Below are positions 31,909 through 41,224 of a stretch of 64,000 nt of DNA, piece by piece. Below the pieces are notes generated by a model that searched no databases, was not told where the DNA came from, and saw only the letters and a list, made by a program, of their open reading frames with translations. Position numbers and translations under genes: made by a program. This stretch comes from a virus, in the IMG/VR virus record IMGVR_UViG_3300028883_000007, positions 1-64,000 of that record; one strand, written 5' to 3'. The stretch's first letter is position 1. Each line of letters begins with the position of its first letter.

Positions 31909-33933
31909 ATGACAAAAGAGGAATTAAAAGCCTTAATAAAAAAAGATGATAATTGGGCTGTTGGTTGCCTGTTAACCATTTATAACAACCAACAAGCAGA
32001 TGAACAGGCATACGGTGCCACTGTTCACCGAAATGATATTGGGTTTAATGGCACCGACGCTGGGTTTATGACTTCTCTTGCAAAGAAATATCTCCAGTGG
32101 GGCAAGCTAACCGACCGTCAAATGTACTATGTGCGAAAAAATATGCTTAAGTATGCCAACCAATGTTTGGCATACGGTGCAACCCCTGCGGAAGTAAAAA
32201 CAACCACCAAGCCGAAAGCCAAAAGGCAAAGAGTTATTGAGTTTGTAGATTTAAAAGAAAATACTCTCGAAATTCGTTTTCAGTACCCAAGAGGCAACCC
32301 CAAATTTAATGCAACCTTGGATTTTGTTAAAGGCCTTGAAAACCGTAAGTGGGATAAATTAACCAAAAAATGGTCAGTGCCTGCCTCGCTACAGGCAATT
32401 GAAGACTTGCGGAAGTATGGGTTTAAAGCGACTAAGCCCGTTATTGATTGGTATAAAAAACACCAGTACAAAACCGTTAAAATTAAAAATATCCCGGGCC
32501 TGCCCTTCCCTTTGAGGCCATACCAACATGAAGGGGTTGAATATGTTGACTCCCGCAATGGTCGCGCACTTATTGCGGATGAAATGGGGCTGGGAAAAAC
32601 GGTGCAATGCTTGGCCTATTTGCAGTTGCATAAAGAAACAAGGCCTGCCCTTATTGTTTGCCCTGCCTCCCTTAAGGCCAATTGGGTAAAAGAAGCAAAA
32701 AAATGGCTCCCGGGAGACAACATATATAGCATCTCCGGCCGCTGGTCAAAAAGCAAACCCGTTCCCAACAAGGGAGTGATAATTATTAATTACGATATTC
32801 TCCCGGGCAAATTCAAAAAGGTTATAGATAAAAAAACCAACAAAAAGAAATTAGTTGAAACAAGGAATACCGGCTGGGCAGATGCCCTAGAGAAAATAAA
32901 ACCCCAGTTCATTGCATACGACGAAATTCAGTACATTAAAAACCTGCAAAACCAAAGAGGCATTGTTTGCAAGCGCCTCACCAAAAAAATTCCCAAAGTA
33001 CTCGGGCTGTCTGGCACCCCTATTGAAAACAGACCCTCCGAATTTTTCAATCCTATTTCTCTTATCAACCCCACCATTTTTCCCAACTGGTGGAATTATA
33101 TGCAAACCTATTGTGGAGCAAAACATAACGGCTTTGGATGGGATTTTACTGGGGCCACCAACATTCATGAACTTCACAAAAAGCTTAAAAAAACCATTAT
33201 GATTCGGCGGTTAAAAAAAGATGTTTTAAAAGAACTCCCTGAAAAAAATCGTATGGTGGTTACCCTCGATTTAAACAACAGAAAAGAGTATAACAGGGCA
33301 GACCAAGATATTATTAAATACCTTGCAGAAACCAAAGGCCCAGAAGCCGCAGAAAAAGCACAAAACGCAGAAACCTTAGTCTCTATTGAGGTGTTGAAAC
33401 AACTGGCCATACAGGGTAAAATAAAGGCCTGTATTGAGTGGATTGAAAACTACCTTAAGGATAATGATAAACTGGTTGTTGGTTGTACCCACCAAGAAAC
33501 CATTCAGGCCTTAATGAAACATTTTGGCAAACAGGCAGTAGAAATCCAAGGGTCAACTTCTTTAAAGAAAAGAAACAAAAATGTGGAGCTATTTCAAAAC
33601 TCTCCCGCAACTCGTTTACTTGTGGGCAACCTTAAGGCGGCAGGAGTTGGCCTTACTTTAACAGCAGCAAATGCAACAGCCACCATAGAATTCGGGTGGA
33701 AGCCTGCGGACCATGTTCAGTTTGAAGACAGGGTTCACCGTATAGGCCAAGAAGCAGATTCAGTTTTTGCTTACTATCTGGTAGCAGAAAACACCATTGA
33801 AGAGTCAATTGCAAAACTACTCGATATTAAAATGCAGGTATTAACCGGAGTATTAGATGGGGAGGATGTTGAAGAAATTAACCTTTTGGAACTTCTTATC
33901 AATATGGAAAAAGAAAGGAAAAAAGAAAAGTGA
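31909..33933 (+). CDS. SNF2/RAD54-family helicase
   Basis: Motif I is LIADEMGLGKT and motif II is IAYDEIQYIKN. The C-terminal helicase lobe carries LVGNLKAAGVGLTLTAA...PADHVQFEDRVHRIGQ. Confidence 0.85.
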   Translation: MTKEELKALIKKDDNWAVGCLLTIYNNQQADEQAYGATVHRNDIGFNGTDAGFMTSLAKKYLQWGKLTDRQMYYVRKNMLKYANQCLAYGATPAEVKTTTKPKAKRQRVIEFVDLKENTLEIRFQYPRGNPKFNATLDFVKGLENRKWDKLTKKWSVPASLQAIEDLRKYGFKATKPVIDWYKKHQYKTVKIKNIPGLPFPLRPYQHEGVEYVDSRNGRALIADEMGLGKTVQCLAYLQLHKETRPALIVCPASLKANWVKEAKKWLPGDNIYSISGRWSKSKPVPNKGVIIINYDILPGKFKKVIDKKTNKKKLVETRNTGWADALEKIKPQFIAYDEIQYIKNLQNQRGIVCKRLTKKIPKVLGLSGTPIENRPSEFFNPISLINPTIFPNWWNYMQTYCGAKHNGFGWDFTGATNIHELHKKLKKTIMIRRLKKDVLKELPEKNRMVVTLDLNNRKEYNRADQDIIKYLAETKGPEAAEKAQNAETLVSIEVLKQLAIQGKIKACIEWIENYLKDNDKLVVGCTHQETIQALMKHFGKQAVEIQGSTSLKKRNKNVELFQNSPATRLLVGNLKAAGVGLTLTAANATATIEFGWKPADHVQFEDRVHRIGQEADSVFAYYLVAENTIEESIAKLLDIKMQVLTGVLDGEDVEEINLLELLINMEKERKKEK

Positions 33934-34070
33934 TTAGAACTTTACTTTGTACATTTTGTTTCTGCTTCGGCATTTTGCTTGCTGGAGCAGAAACACCCCA
34001 CTGGGGATATAATGTTTTGGGAGTTGTTATTTTTGGAGGTATATTAATTTTCAAACCAAAAGGAGATTAA
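33930..34070 (+). CDS. Possible 46-aa membrane micro-protein (GTG start)
   Basis: Hand-translated: VIRTLLCTFCFCFGILLAGAETPHWGYNVLGVVIFGGILIFKPKGD. It exactly fills the gap between two genes, with a GTGA overlap upstream and its stop abutting the next ATG. Confidence 0.3.
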   Translation: MIRTLLCTFCFCFGILLAGAETPHWGYNVLGVVIFGGILIFKPKGD

Positions 34071-34337
34071 ATGGAAATAAAAATAAATATCGAAAAATGT
34101 GATTCTTGTATACACCGAACTCACAGTGGCGGTTTTACTGTCAGGGGAGCAAGGCCAATTTGTGGACATCCAGAAGCCTGTAAAATAAGGAGGTCAAAAA
34201 ACGCATTTAAAAAAGAGTATCCAGAATATAGAACAGAGTGTAAAACCGCCGATTGGAAATACCATTGGTTTCACCGAATTATCGACCCTAATACCATCCC
34301 GGACTGGTGCCCGATAAAACACGGAGCAAAATATTAA
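34071..34337 (+). CDS. Cys/His-rich hypothetical protein
   Basis: 88 aa containing CDSC...H..H...C.H...C. RBS is AAAAGGAGATTAA. Confidence 0.5.
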   Translation: MEIKINIEKCDSCIHRTHSGGFTVRGARPICGHPEACKIRRSKNAFKKEYPEYRTECKTADWKYHWFHRIIDPNTIPDWCPIKHGAKY

Positions 34338-34359
34338 TGCCCAAAAGGAGAATTAAACA

Positions 34360-34764
34360 ATGGCAAGTAAAAGAAAAAGCAATGCACAAAAAAGAGCGAA
34401 GAAAGCCCGTCAGGAAGCAAACCGAATTCGAAATCAGAAAAACTTTCGCAAAATCCTCTTCCGCGATTTCAGCGATATGAAACCTTGGCCACCCTGGAAA
34501 ATAGCACTTTATGAACAAGCTCTGGCAACAAATAAAAAACTGGAAAACTGGAAAAAAGAAATAAGCCAAATTAAAAAGAAATATGCAGAATCCCAAGCCA
34601 AAGCCAGAGCGGCTGAAGCTAAACGCCGGGAGATCTTGTTTAGGAAATTTACCAACCCTCCAGAAAAAATAATTATTTTGGGCGATGCAGGACAGCCTTC
34701 CCTTGGAGATCTTTTGCGCGAAGCTATGTACAAGAATGAAGGATTTGCTGTTAAATACATATAA
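34360..34764 (+). CDS. Basic hypothetical protein
   Basis: 134 aa with a Lys/Arg-rich N-terminus (KRKSNAQKRAKKARQEANRIRNQK). RBS is AAAAGGAGAATTAAACA. Confidence 0.5.
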   Translation: MASKRKSNAQKRAKKARQEANRIRNQKNFRKILFRDFSDMKPWPPWKIALYEQALATNKKLENWKKEISQIKKKYAESQAKARAAEAKRREILFRKFTNPPEKIIILGDAGQPSLGDLLREAMYKNEGFAVKYI

Positions 34765-34781
34765 TATCAATACACCTTAAT

Positions 34782-34810
34782 TTCGCAAATATGGCGAGAT
34801 TTTTTATAAT
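34782..34810 (+). promoter_or_regulatory. Candidate sigma-70-type promoter TTCGCA-17-TATAAT
   Basis: -35 TTCGCA (34782-34787), a 17-nt spacer, and a perfect -10 TATAAT (34805-34810). It is embedded in the left arm of a 19-bp inverted repeat. Confidence 0.4.
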
Positions 34811-34849
34811 ATAGGTATAAACCCCTTTTTATAAAAATCTCGCCATATT
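34788..34849 (+). promoter_or_regulatory. 19-bp inverted repeat (operator or terminator-like hairpin)
   Basis: AATATGGCGAGATTTTTTAT ... ATAAAAATCTCGCCATATT, with one bulged T and a 23-nt loop. It lies between the 34360..34764 and 34873 genes. Confidence 0.5.
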
Positions 34850-34872
34850 CAACAACTGACAGGGGGACAAAC

Positions 34873-35064
34873 ATGGAAAAAAGAAGACAGCGTACCAAAT
34901 TTAACAGGCACCCCGAAATTAAACCCGGAAAAACCTTTGCAAGCGAAAAAGAAAAAGAGCACTATATTGTAAACAGGTATATTGCAAAAAAGATGCTTAA
35001 ACAATTTCCATGGAGATCTTGGATGGCAAAAGTAGACATTCCCAAACCGGAGATCACATTATAA
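34873..35064 (+). CDS. Hypothetical basic protein
   Basis: 63-aa ORF with a TAATG overlap with the primase start. Confidence 0.45.
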   Translation: MEKRRQRTKFNRHPEIKPGKTFASEKEKEHYIVNRYIAKKMLKQFPWRSWMAKVDIPKPEITL

Positions 35065-35945
35065 TGTTTGACGCAAAAACATTCTTAGAACAATACGGCA
35101 TAGAACATACTGACCGTGACCCAAAACATGGGCGAACCGGCTGGGTTCAAGTTCATTGCCCATTCTGCTCCGGTCACGAGGGCTGGCATGGAGGTTTCAA
35201 CATTGCCAATGGATATTATAATTGTTGGCGGTGCGGCTCCCATTACCTCCCAAAAGTAGTATCTGCCTTAACCGGAATCAATTACCATGATGCACTTAAA
35301 ATAGTGAAACAACTTTCATCCGGAGAAGTTGGGGAAAGATACAAAACCCGAAATTATGCAAAAGAATTAACACTGCCAGACACAATACCATTAAACCGTA
35401 GAGCAAAAAAATACTTAACTGATAGAAATTATAACCCCGAAAAATTAGAAGCTATATGGGGGATAAAATCTACTCCTCATATTGGGAAGTATGCTTTCCG
35501 AATTTTTATCCCCATTACCCATAACAATAAAACAATCAGCTATACAACCCGAAGTATTACCGGAGCAGAACCAAAATACAAAGCTTGTGATGATGATAAA
35601 GAACTATACCATCACAAATTCACTTTATATGGTGCGGATAAAATAATCAATAAAGACGTCTGTGTGGTAGTGGAGGGACCAACAGACGTATGGCGGCTGG
35701 GGATAGGTGCTGTTGGGCTTTTTGGGATAAATTACTCCGAACCTCAAGTCAATTTACTTTCAAAATTCAAGAGAGTTTTCGTCTTCTTTGACCCAGAGTC
35801 ACAAGCCCAAATACAGGCCGAAAAACTTTATTACCAATTAACCATAAGGAGAGTAGAATGCCAACTTCTAGAAGACGACGGACTAAACGATCCGGGAGAC
35901 CTATCACAGACGATGGCAGACCAACTTATGAAGGAACTGTTATAA
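35064..35945 (+). CDS. dnaG: DNA primase (zinc-ribbon plus TOPRIM)
   Basis: Zinc ribbon HCPFCSGHEGWHGGFNIANGYYNCWRCGSH, and TOPRIM VVVEGPTDVWRL...FFDPESQAQ. The start is set at MFDAKTF (35064). Confidence 0.75.
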   Translation: MFDAKTFLEQYGIEHTDRDPKHGRTGWVQVHCPFCSGHEGWHGGFNIANGYYNCWRCGSHYLPKVVSALTGINYHDALKIVKQLSSGEVGERYKTRNYAKELTLPDTIPLNRRAKKYLTDRNYNPEKLEAIWGIKSTPHIGKYAFRIFIPITHNNKTISYTTRSITGAEPKYKACDDDKELYHHKFTLYGADKIINKDVCVVVEGPTDVWRLGIGAVGLFGINYSEPQVNLLSKFKRVFVFFDPESQAQIQAEKLYYQLTIRRVECQLLEDDGLNDPGDLSQTMADQLMKELL

Positions 35946-36136
35946 AAGACAGGAGAAAAGGAGATCGGAGAACTACAAATCTCGCCCCCAAGTATTGTAA
36001 AAAGCATAAACAGTGGTATGAAAGCTGGTTGCCCGAATGCCCCATTTGCTATGGGGAAAGAATAGGACCAGCAACTCCCCCAAAAAATAAAACTGTTGTT
36101 ATTCGCAAACGCACCAGAACCAAAAAACCGAAATAA
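35858..36136 (+). CDS. Arg-rich zinc-ribbon protein, overlapping the primase 3' end by 88 nt in another frame
   Basis: A good RBS (TAAGGAGAGTAGA) precedes the ATG. The product contains CKKHKQW....LPECPICYGE and basic tails. Confidence 0.4.
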   Translation: MPTSRRRRTKRSGRPITDDGRPTYEGTVIKDRRKGDRRTTNLAPKYCKKHKQWYESWLPECPICYGERIGPATPPKNKTVVIRKRTRTKKPK

Positions 36137-36171
36137 TTAACAGGGTGGAAGGGTGGGGAAAGGAGTTATTT

Positions 36172-36342
36172 ATGGAGATGTTTGATAAAATGAAAATGTT
36201 TAAATGTCCAAATTGCGGATTTAAAACAATGACCCCAAGAGGTTGCATGGTATGCGGAGAACCTTTTGACGATAACCCCGACGTTGACCCCGAAGAGCAC
36301 TTAGGCATTGAAGTTCACAATCCTCCACAGAAAAAAAATTAA
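36172..36342 (+). CDS. Small zinc-ribbon protein
   Basis: CPNCGF...GCMVCGE. The start is set at MEMFDK after AAAGGAG. Confidence 0.5.
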   Translation: MEMFDKMKMFKCPNCGFKTMTPRGCMVCGEPFDDNPDVDPEEHLGIEVHNPPQKKN

Positions 36343-36413
36343 CACTTTTTACGTTTGGTTTTAAAATATAGTTGTGTGGGTAAACTTTTCCTCCTGGAAG
36401 TAAACCCACCAAA

Positions 36414-36478
36414 TTGAGTGAGGCCTTAAATACAAGGCAGGGGAGGGCTTGTCACCTCCCCCTCACTCAATTTTTTTT
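36414..36478 (+). terminator. Rho-independent terminator (compound hairpin plus T8)
   Basis: TTGAGTGAGG...GGGGAGG-cttgtca-CCTCCCC-CTCACTCAA, followed by TTTTTTTT. Confidence 0.75.
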
Positions 36479-36500
36479 ATTTTAAAACAAAGGAGCAAAA

Positions 36501-36779
36501 ATGGATTACGCAAGAAGAGAATTGTTCAAAGTATTTGGTTACAAAGAAGCCACTTTTCTTCAACACCTTATTGACCTACAGCAAGACGCCGAAATGGCTG
36601 GCACTGCCCACCCCGAAGATTGGGTTACTGCCAGCCAAAACAAAATATTGGAAGAAACAGGTCTTACTCCAGCTCTACAGAGAAATATTGTAAATTCCTT
36701 GTTACATGCCGGGATAATAGAAACGAAAGTGATGGGCATGCCTGCAAAAAAATGGTACAAGATTTTGTATAAAGAATGA
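36501..36779 (+). CDS. Hypothetical wHTH-like protein, first gene of the replication-initiation unit
   Basis: 92 aa. It begins a new transcription unit after the terminator. ILEETGLTPALQRNIVNSLLHAGIIE looks HTH-like. Confidence 0.4.
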   Translation: MDYARRELFKVFGYKEATFLQHLIDLQQDAEMAGTAHPEDWVTASQNKILEETGLTPALQRNIVNSLLHAGIIETKVMGMPAKKWYKILYKE

Positions 36780-38218
36780 AGGAGTACAGAATGACACAAC
36801 AAAATTTTAAAATACCTGATTGTTGTAATGCCAGCCTAACAAGAAATTTTACTCAAGTTCCCACCCAAATGCTCCGCAACCCCGAAATCTCCTGCAAAGC
36901 AAAAATCGTCCTCTGCCTTCTTTTATCAAACAAAAAGGGATGGAAAACATATATTGAATCCCTTGCCAAAATGTTAAAAGAAGGAGAATCCACAATCAAA
37001 AGGGCAGTAAAAGAATTAGAAAAAAATGGCTATTTAATACGCATTCATTGCAGGGATATAAAAACCAAAATATGGAGTGGTTCGTTTTGGGCTTATACAG
37101 ATATCCCCCATAATTTTGATTTGGAAGAAACTTTAAATCTCCTTAATGAAGCACAATTAGAGCCCGTATTAAAAGATGAGCAGTTGTTACGAAAACATAA
37201 TGACATGCTGTTATTAAAAACCGTAAGCTTAAAAACCGCCAGCGGAAAAACCGCCAACGGGTTTTGGCCCCCTAAAAATACTAATAATAATAATATATAT
37301 AATAATAATATTAAAACCGACTGTATTATAAATACAGTCAAGCCCTCCTTTGAGGAGGGCAAAGAGAGTACTGGTTTAAAACCTACCAAAAAATTAAGAA
37401 GGAGAAAACCTCCCATTGATATAGATGCCCCAAAAAAAATAAGAAGAACACTCCCAAATAAAAAACAAGTTCCAGATTACGTTCAAAAGATTATACTCCA
37501 GTGGAATGAATACCCCACAACAACCACCCATAAACTTGATGCTCTTTCCCCCTCCAAAACAATAAAAACAATCAGTAGATATCTTTCTCAATTAAAATCC
37601 GGTAGACTGGGGCCTTTTGATCCCATATGGGTTAAAACACTTCCGGCAGGTTGGCAGACCAGAAAGTGGACCCTGGAGGAAATAGAGCAAGGAGTCAAAG
37701 CTTTATCCCTACTCTCCAGAAATGAATATTGGCCAGAAGGCAACAAAGATAATTTTAAAAAACTTTCAAGTTTACTGTACAACCCTAAAACAAAAAGATC
37801 TTATTTTCTTAACGTAATGTACAAGAGGCCCAAAAAGATAACAGAGACAGGAGAAATAAAATTCAAAAGGCTAACCCAAAAATTTTATGATGCAGATATT
37901 TGGAAAGATAAAAAAAGACCTCCCAAAATACAAATTGACCAAGCCCTCCGGAGTACAGTAGAATTTCGCAAATGGCTGTCTATAACAACCATAGAGCGTT
38001 TAAACGGATATGACCATGAACGCTTAGGTCAATCCTTTTGGAATTTCTTTATCCACTTTTTGGAGAATAGCTCTGGCCTTGCCTTAACTTCTCCATATTC
38101 CTTAAGTATTGACGGGTTTGCTACAGAGAGGTTTATAAAAGATTTAGAAGATGAAATTAATGGGGAAGTACAACTAAGCCGCCTTTTAACTAAGTTTAGG
38201 GACAAAAGGGCTACTTGA
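36776..38218 (+). CDS. Replication initiator / replisome organiser-like HTH protein
   Basis: FTQVPTQMLRNPEISCKAKIVLCLLLSN.....YIESLAKMLKEGESTIKRAVKELEKNGYLIRI is the usual phage initiator wHTH pattern. There is an Asn-rich linker. The start could instead be MTQQNF (36791). Confidence 0.5.
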   Translation: MKEYRMTQQNFKIPDCCNASLTRNFTQVPTQMLRNPEISCKAKIVLCLLLSNKKGWKTYIESLAKMLKEGESTIKRAVKELEKNGYLIRIHCRDIKTKIWSGSFWAYTDIPHNFDLEETLNLLNEAQLEPVLKDEQLLRKHNDMLLLKTVSLKTASGKTANGFWPPKNTNNNNIYNNNIKTDCIINTVKPSFEEGKESTGLKPTKKLRRRKPPIDIDAPKKIRRTLPNKKQVPDYVQKIILQWNEYPTTTTHKLDALSPSKTIKTISRYLSQLKSGRLGPFDPIWVKTLPAGWQTRKWTLEEIEQGVKALSLLSRNEYWPEGNKDNFKKLSSLLYNPKTKRSYFLNVMYKRPKKITETGEIKFKRLTQKFYDADIWKDKKRPPKIQIDQALRSTVEFRKWLSITTIERLNGYDHERLGQSFWNFFIHFLENSSGLALTSPYSLSIDGFATERFIKDLEDEINGEVQLSRLLTKFRDKRAT

Positions 38219-38324
38219 GAAGCCCCTCTTGGCCAAGGATTAAACGTTCAAGGGGTGTCCTATGCCAGTGTATAGGGTTAACATAATCATTTTAATTTTA
38301 AGCAAGAGAACGTAAGGACAATAA

Positions 38325-39863
38325 ATGGCCATAAACAGAAGAACTCCACCAGATGCAAAAATAGAACGAAGAATATTAACAGGGATGATTATAAGTAATG
38401 AATTTATGGCTGGTATGCGATCTATGTATGCTCCTGATTGCTTGTTGGCCAAAGACTCCCAAATCATTGCCAAATGGTGTATTGATTATTATGACAAATA
38501 CGAACAAGCCCCCGGGAAACATATTGAAGATATTTTTCGGGATAAAAAAGAAATAGATATCTCTCCGGAGGTTTCTGATATTATAGAGGAATTTTTGGCA
38601 AGCCTTTCGGATGAATATGTTAGAGGAGAAAAATTTAATGCTGGTTATGCTTTGGACCAAGCCGAAAAACATTTTCGGTTAGCACATTTACAAAACGTTA
38701 AATATGAATTATCCAAAGCAGTAACGGCAGGGAGGATAGAAGAAGCGGAGGCAATGTTAAAAGGGTTTGAAAGGGTTGCCCGTATTGAATCCAAAGGCAT
38801 AGACCCACTCCGTGATAAAAAAGCGATTAAAGAGGCCTTTAATGATAACTCCTCAGAAATACTCTTTCGGCTTCCGGGAGCACTGGGAAATGCTATCGGC
38901 ACTTTTGAAAGGAATTATCTTTTTGCTGTACTGGGAGCCCAAGGCATTGGAAAAACTTGGTGGCTTTGGTTTATAGCCCAACAAGCCGCCTTTGCTGGGT
39001 ACAATGTTGTTTTTGTCTCCCTTGAAATGACAGAACGACAAATGATACAACGAATCCAAACAGGAATAACAGGGCTACCAAAAACCAAATATGCCGGGAA
39101 AATTTTAATACCTGTTTGGGATTGCAAGAGAAATCAAAACGGAGCATGCAAATATAAAGCATCTCCGGTGCCTTTGTTACATGACGAAGAGGAAGGAGGA
39201 GATGCTTTAAAGCCCAGTTGGGAGCAGGCCCCCAAAAACTATATCCCTTGCTGCAAATGCAAAGGAGAAAAAAATGACAGGTATCAAGTGCAAACTTGGT
39301 TTAAGCAAGTAGAAAGAGAAGAAATCAATGCAGTAAAGGCAATAAAAAAAGCTGCTAAAATGGAGAACTTCCTTAAAAGGGCAGGGCATATTCGGTTAAT
39401 GGAATACCCTCCAAAAACACTTACCATTGACGAACTTAGAGCTTCTTTATATAACCTGGAGCATTATGAAAATTTTGTTGCGGATGTACTGGTTACAGAT
39501 TATGCGGATGAATTTACTGTAGACAAACGGTTTACCCAGCATAGGCATGGGATTGGAGATGTTTGGGCTGGTCACAAAAAAATTGCTGGGGAGAGAAAAA
39601 TGCTGGTGGTAACTGGATCACAATCAAATACTGCCAGAACAGGCAAGGACATCAAGAGAGGAGATTGGGCAGAAGATATTTCAAAACTTGGGAAAATTGA
39701 CGGGGCGATGGCCATTAATAAAAATGAGGAGGATAAAGGCCGGATGATTTCCCGTATTGGAATTCCCAAAACAAGGCACGATGAAGACGTTTTAAAACAG
39801 ATAACCGTTTTGCAGCAATTAAATATTGGCAAAATTTATTTAGACTCTTATTTAGGAACGTAA
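38325..39863 (+). CDS. dnaB: DnaB-family replicative helicase
   Basis: Walker A is AVLGAQGIGKTWWL, followed by VVFVSLEMTERQMIQRI and Walker B-like VLVTDYADEF. A Cys-rich segment (CKRNQNGACKY...CCKCKG) is inserted between them. Confidence 0.8.
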   Translation: MAINRRTPPDAKIERRILTGMIISNEFMAGMRSMYAPDCLLAKDSQIIAKWCIDYYDKYEQAPGKHIEDIFRDKKEIDISPEVSDIIEEFLASLSDEYVRGEKFNAGYALDQAEKHFRLAHLQNVKYELSKAVTAGRIEEAEAMLKGFERVARIESKGIDPLRDKKAIKEAFNDNSSEILFRLPGALGNAIGTFERNYLFAVLGAQGIGKTWWLWFIAQQAAFAGYNVVFVSLEMTERQMIQRIQTGITGLPKTKYAGKILIPVWDCKRNQNGACKYKASPVPLLHDEEEGGDALKPSWEQAPKNYIPCCKCKGEKNDRYQVQTWFKQVEREEINAVKAIKKAAKMENFLKRAGHIRLMEYPPKTLTIDELRASLYNLEHYENFVADVLVTDYADEFTVDKRFTQHRHGIGDVWAGHKKIAGERKMLVVTGSQSNTARTGKDIKRGDWAEDISKLGKIDGAMAINKNEEDKGRMISRIGIPKTRHDEDVLKQITVLQQLNIGKIYLDSYLGT

Positions 39864-39873
39864 AGGAGGAGAA

Positions 39874-40071
39874 ATGTCAGAAGAAATGGATGTTGAAGAA
39901 TTTTGGGAGAAGAACAGAGAAAACTGTCCTTGGTATGAACCAGACAAGGATGATCTTCCTTTCCCGGAGGCTCCGCAATGCAAAGCAACAGGAGATGAGT
40001 GCTGGTTTTATGAATGTCCGTTTTACTTTTGGATGAACGCAACAGCCGAAATAAAAAAAGGAGGAAAGTAG
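39874..40071 (+). CDS. Small acidic Cys-containing protein
   Basis: 65-aa ORF with an RBS (TAAAGGAGGAGAA). Confidence 0.45.
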   Translation: MSEEMDVEEFWEKNRENCPWYEPDKDDLPFPEAPQCKATGDECWFYECPFYFWMNATAEIKKGGK

Positions 40072-40467
40072 ATGATTGAAATAACCAAAGTATATGAATT
40101 TGAAGCCGCCCATCATTTACCTTACCATCAAGGAGCCTGCCAGCATTTACATGGCCATTCGTATAAACTAGAGGTTACCGTTACAACTTGGTTCGCATTT
40201 TGTATTAATGCAGAGGACGAAAAAAACCCTGAAAGTGGGATGATAATGGATTTCTCCACTTTAAAGGAAGTCATTAAAAAATGCGCTCCTTTTGACCATA
40301 CCAACCTAAACGCCCACTTCGCAAACCCCACTGCTGAAAACATGGTTGGCCATATTGCTTATGAAATTACAAAATGGCTGGAGAAAAAACACCCAAGAAA
40401 AAGAGTCATTCGTGTAAGGTTATGGGAAACGAAAACTTCTTATGCAACCTGGAGGGCAAATGAATAA
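40072..40467 (+). CDS. queD: 6-carboxy-5,6,7,8-tetrahydropterin synthase
   Basis: FEAAHHLPYHQGACQHLHGHSYKLEVTV carries the PTPS/QueD His/Cys pattern. Size is 131 aa. Confidence 0.85.
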   Translation: MIEITKVYEFEAAHHLPYHQGACQHLHGHSYKLEVTVTTWFAFCINAEDEKNPESGMIMDFSTLKEVIKKCAPFDHTNLNAHFANPTAENMVGHIAYEITKWLEKKHPRKRVIRVRLWETKTSYATWRANE

Positions 40468-41107
40468 AATTAAAATCAATGAAATTTTTCAAAGCATTAA
40501 CGGAGAAGTTACTCATTGGACACAAGGGTCCTTGACTACTTTTATCCGTTTTTCTGGTTGTAATTTGGATTGCTCTTATTGTGATGCAAATTATCACAAA
40601 AAAGTAAACGCCGAATTAAATCCGATTGAAGTTTTGGAGATAATTGAAAAAACTGATTGCAAAAATGTTACCATCACCGGGGGGGAACCCACCCTACAAC
40701 CTATGCTCTGGCCCTTGCTTTCATATTTAGGGGAAGAGGGTTATAAGGTCACTATTGAAACCAATGGCACAAACCCAATTATCCCGACCCCATTTATTTC
40801 TTGGGTAGTTGATTATAAATTTAATTACCCCAACCAAATGAATAAAGATAATTGGGACCGCCTTACTTGCCGGGACTGGCTTAAATTTGTGGTAAAATAC
40901 CCTGAGGATTTATTTGCCATTAACACCTTTATAAAGGACAACCCAACCCTGAGCAAAAAAAACCTTGCTATCGGCACAACAGGGCTTGTAAAGCCCTATG
41001 GAATCGTTGATTACCTTATACAAAAACGCATGTATAATTTTATAATAAACTACCAGATTCATAAACAAATCTGGCAAGCGAGGGGGGAAGCAAACCAAAT
41101 TATATAA
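40460..41107 (+). CDS. queE: 7-carboxy-7-deazaguanine synthase (radical SAM)
   Basis: INEIFQSINGEV..WTQGSLTTFIRFSGCNLDCSYCD contains the CxxxCxxC cluster motif. The start is set at MNKIKI (ATGAATAA overlap with the queD stop); the ORF track starts at 40442. Confidence 0.85.
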   Translation: MNKIKINEIFQSINGEVTHWTQGSLTTFIRFSGCNLDCSYCDANYHKKVNAELNPIEVLEIIEKTDCKNVTITGGEPTLQPMLWPLLSYLGEEGYKVTIETNGTNPIIPTPFISWVVDYKFNYPNQMNKDNWDRLTCRDWLKFVVKYPEDLFAINTFIKDNPTLSKKNLAIGTTGLVKPYGIVDYLIQKRMYNFIINYQIHKQIWQARGEANQII

Positions 41108-41124
41108 AAAAAAATGAAAAAATT

Positions 41125-41158
41125 ATGAAACTTTTTCAATTACCCTTTATAATATAAT
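41125..41158 (+). promoter_or_regulatory. Candidate promoter with tandem overlapping TATAAT boxes
   Basis: cTTTATAATATAATca has TATAAT at 41148-41153 and 41153-41158. The -35 is weak (ATGAAA at a 17-nt spacing). It shares the word TTTATAATATA with 34803 and about 49890. Confidence 0.35.
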
Positions 41159-41224
41159 CAGAACACAATGAAACATTAATTTTTCACAAGCCAATTTTGG
41201 CAAACAAACCAAAGGAGAAGAGAA

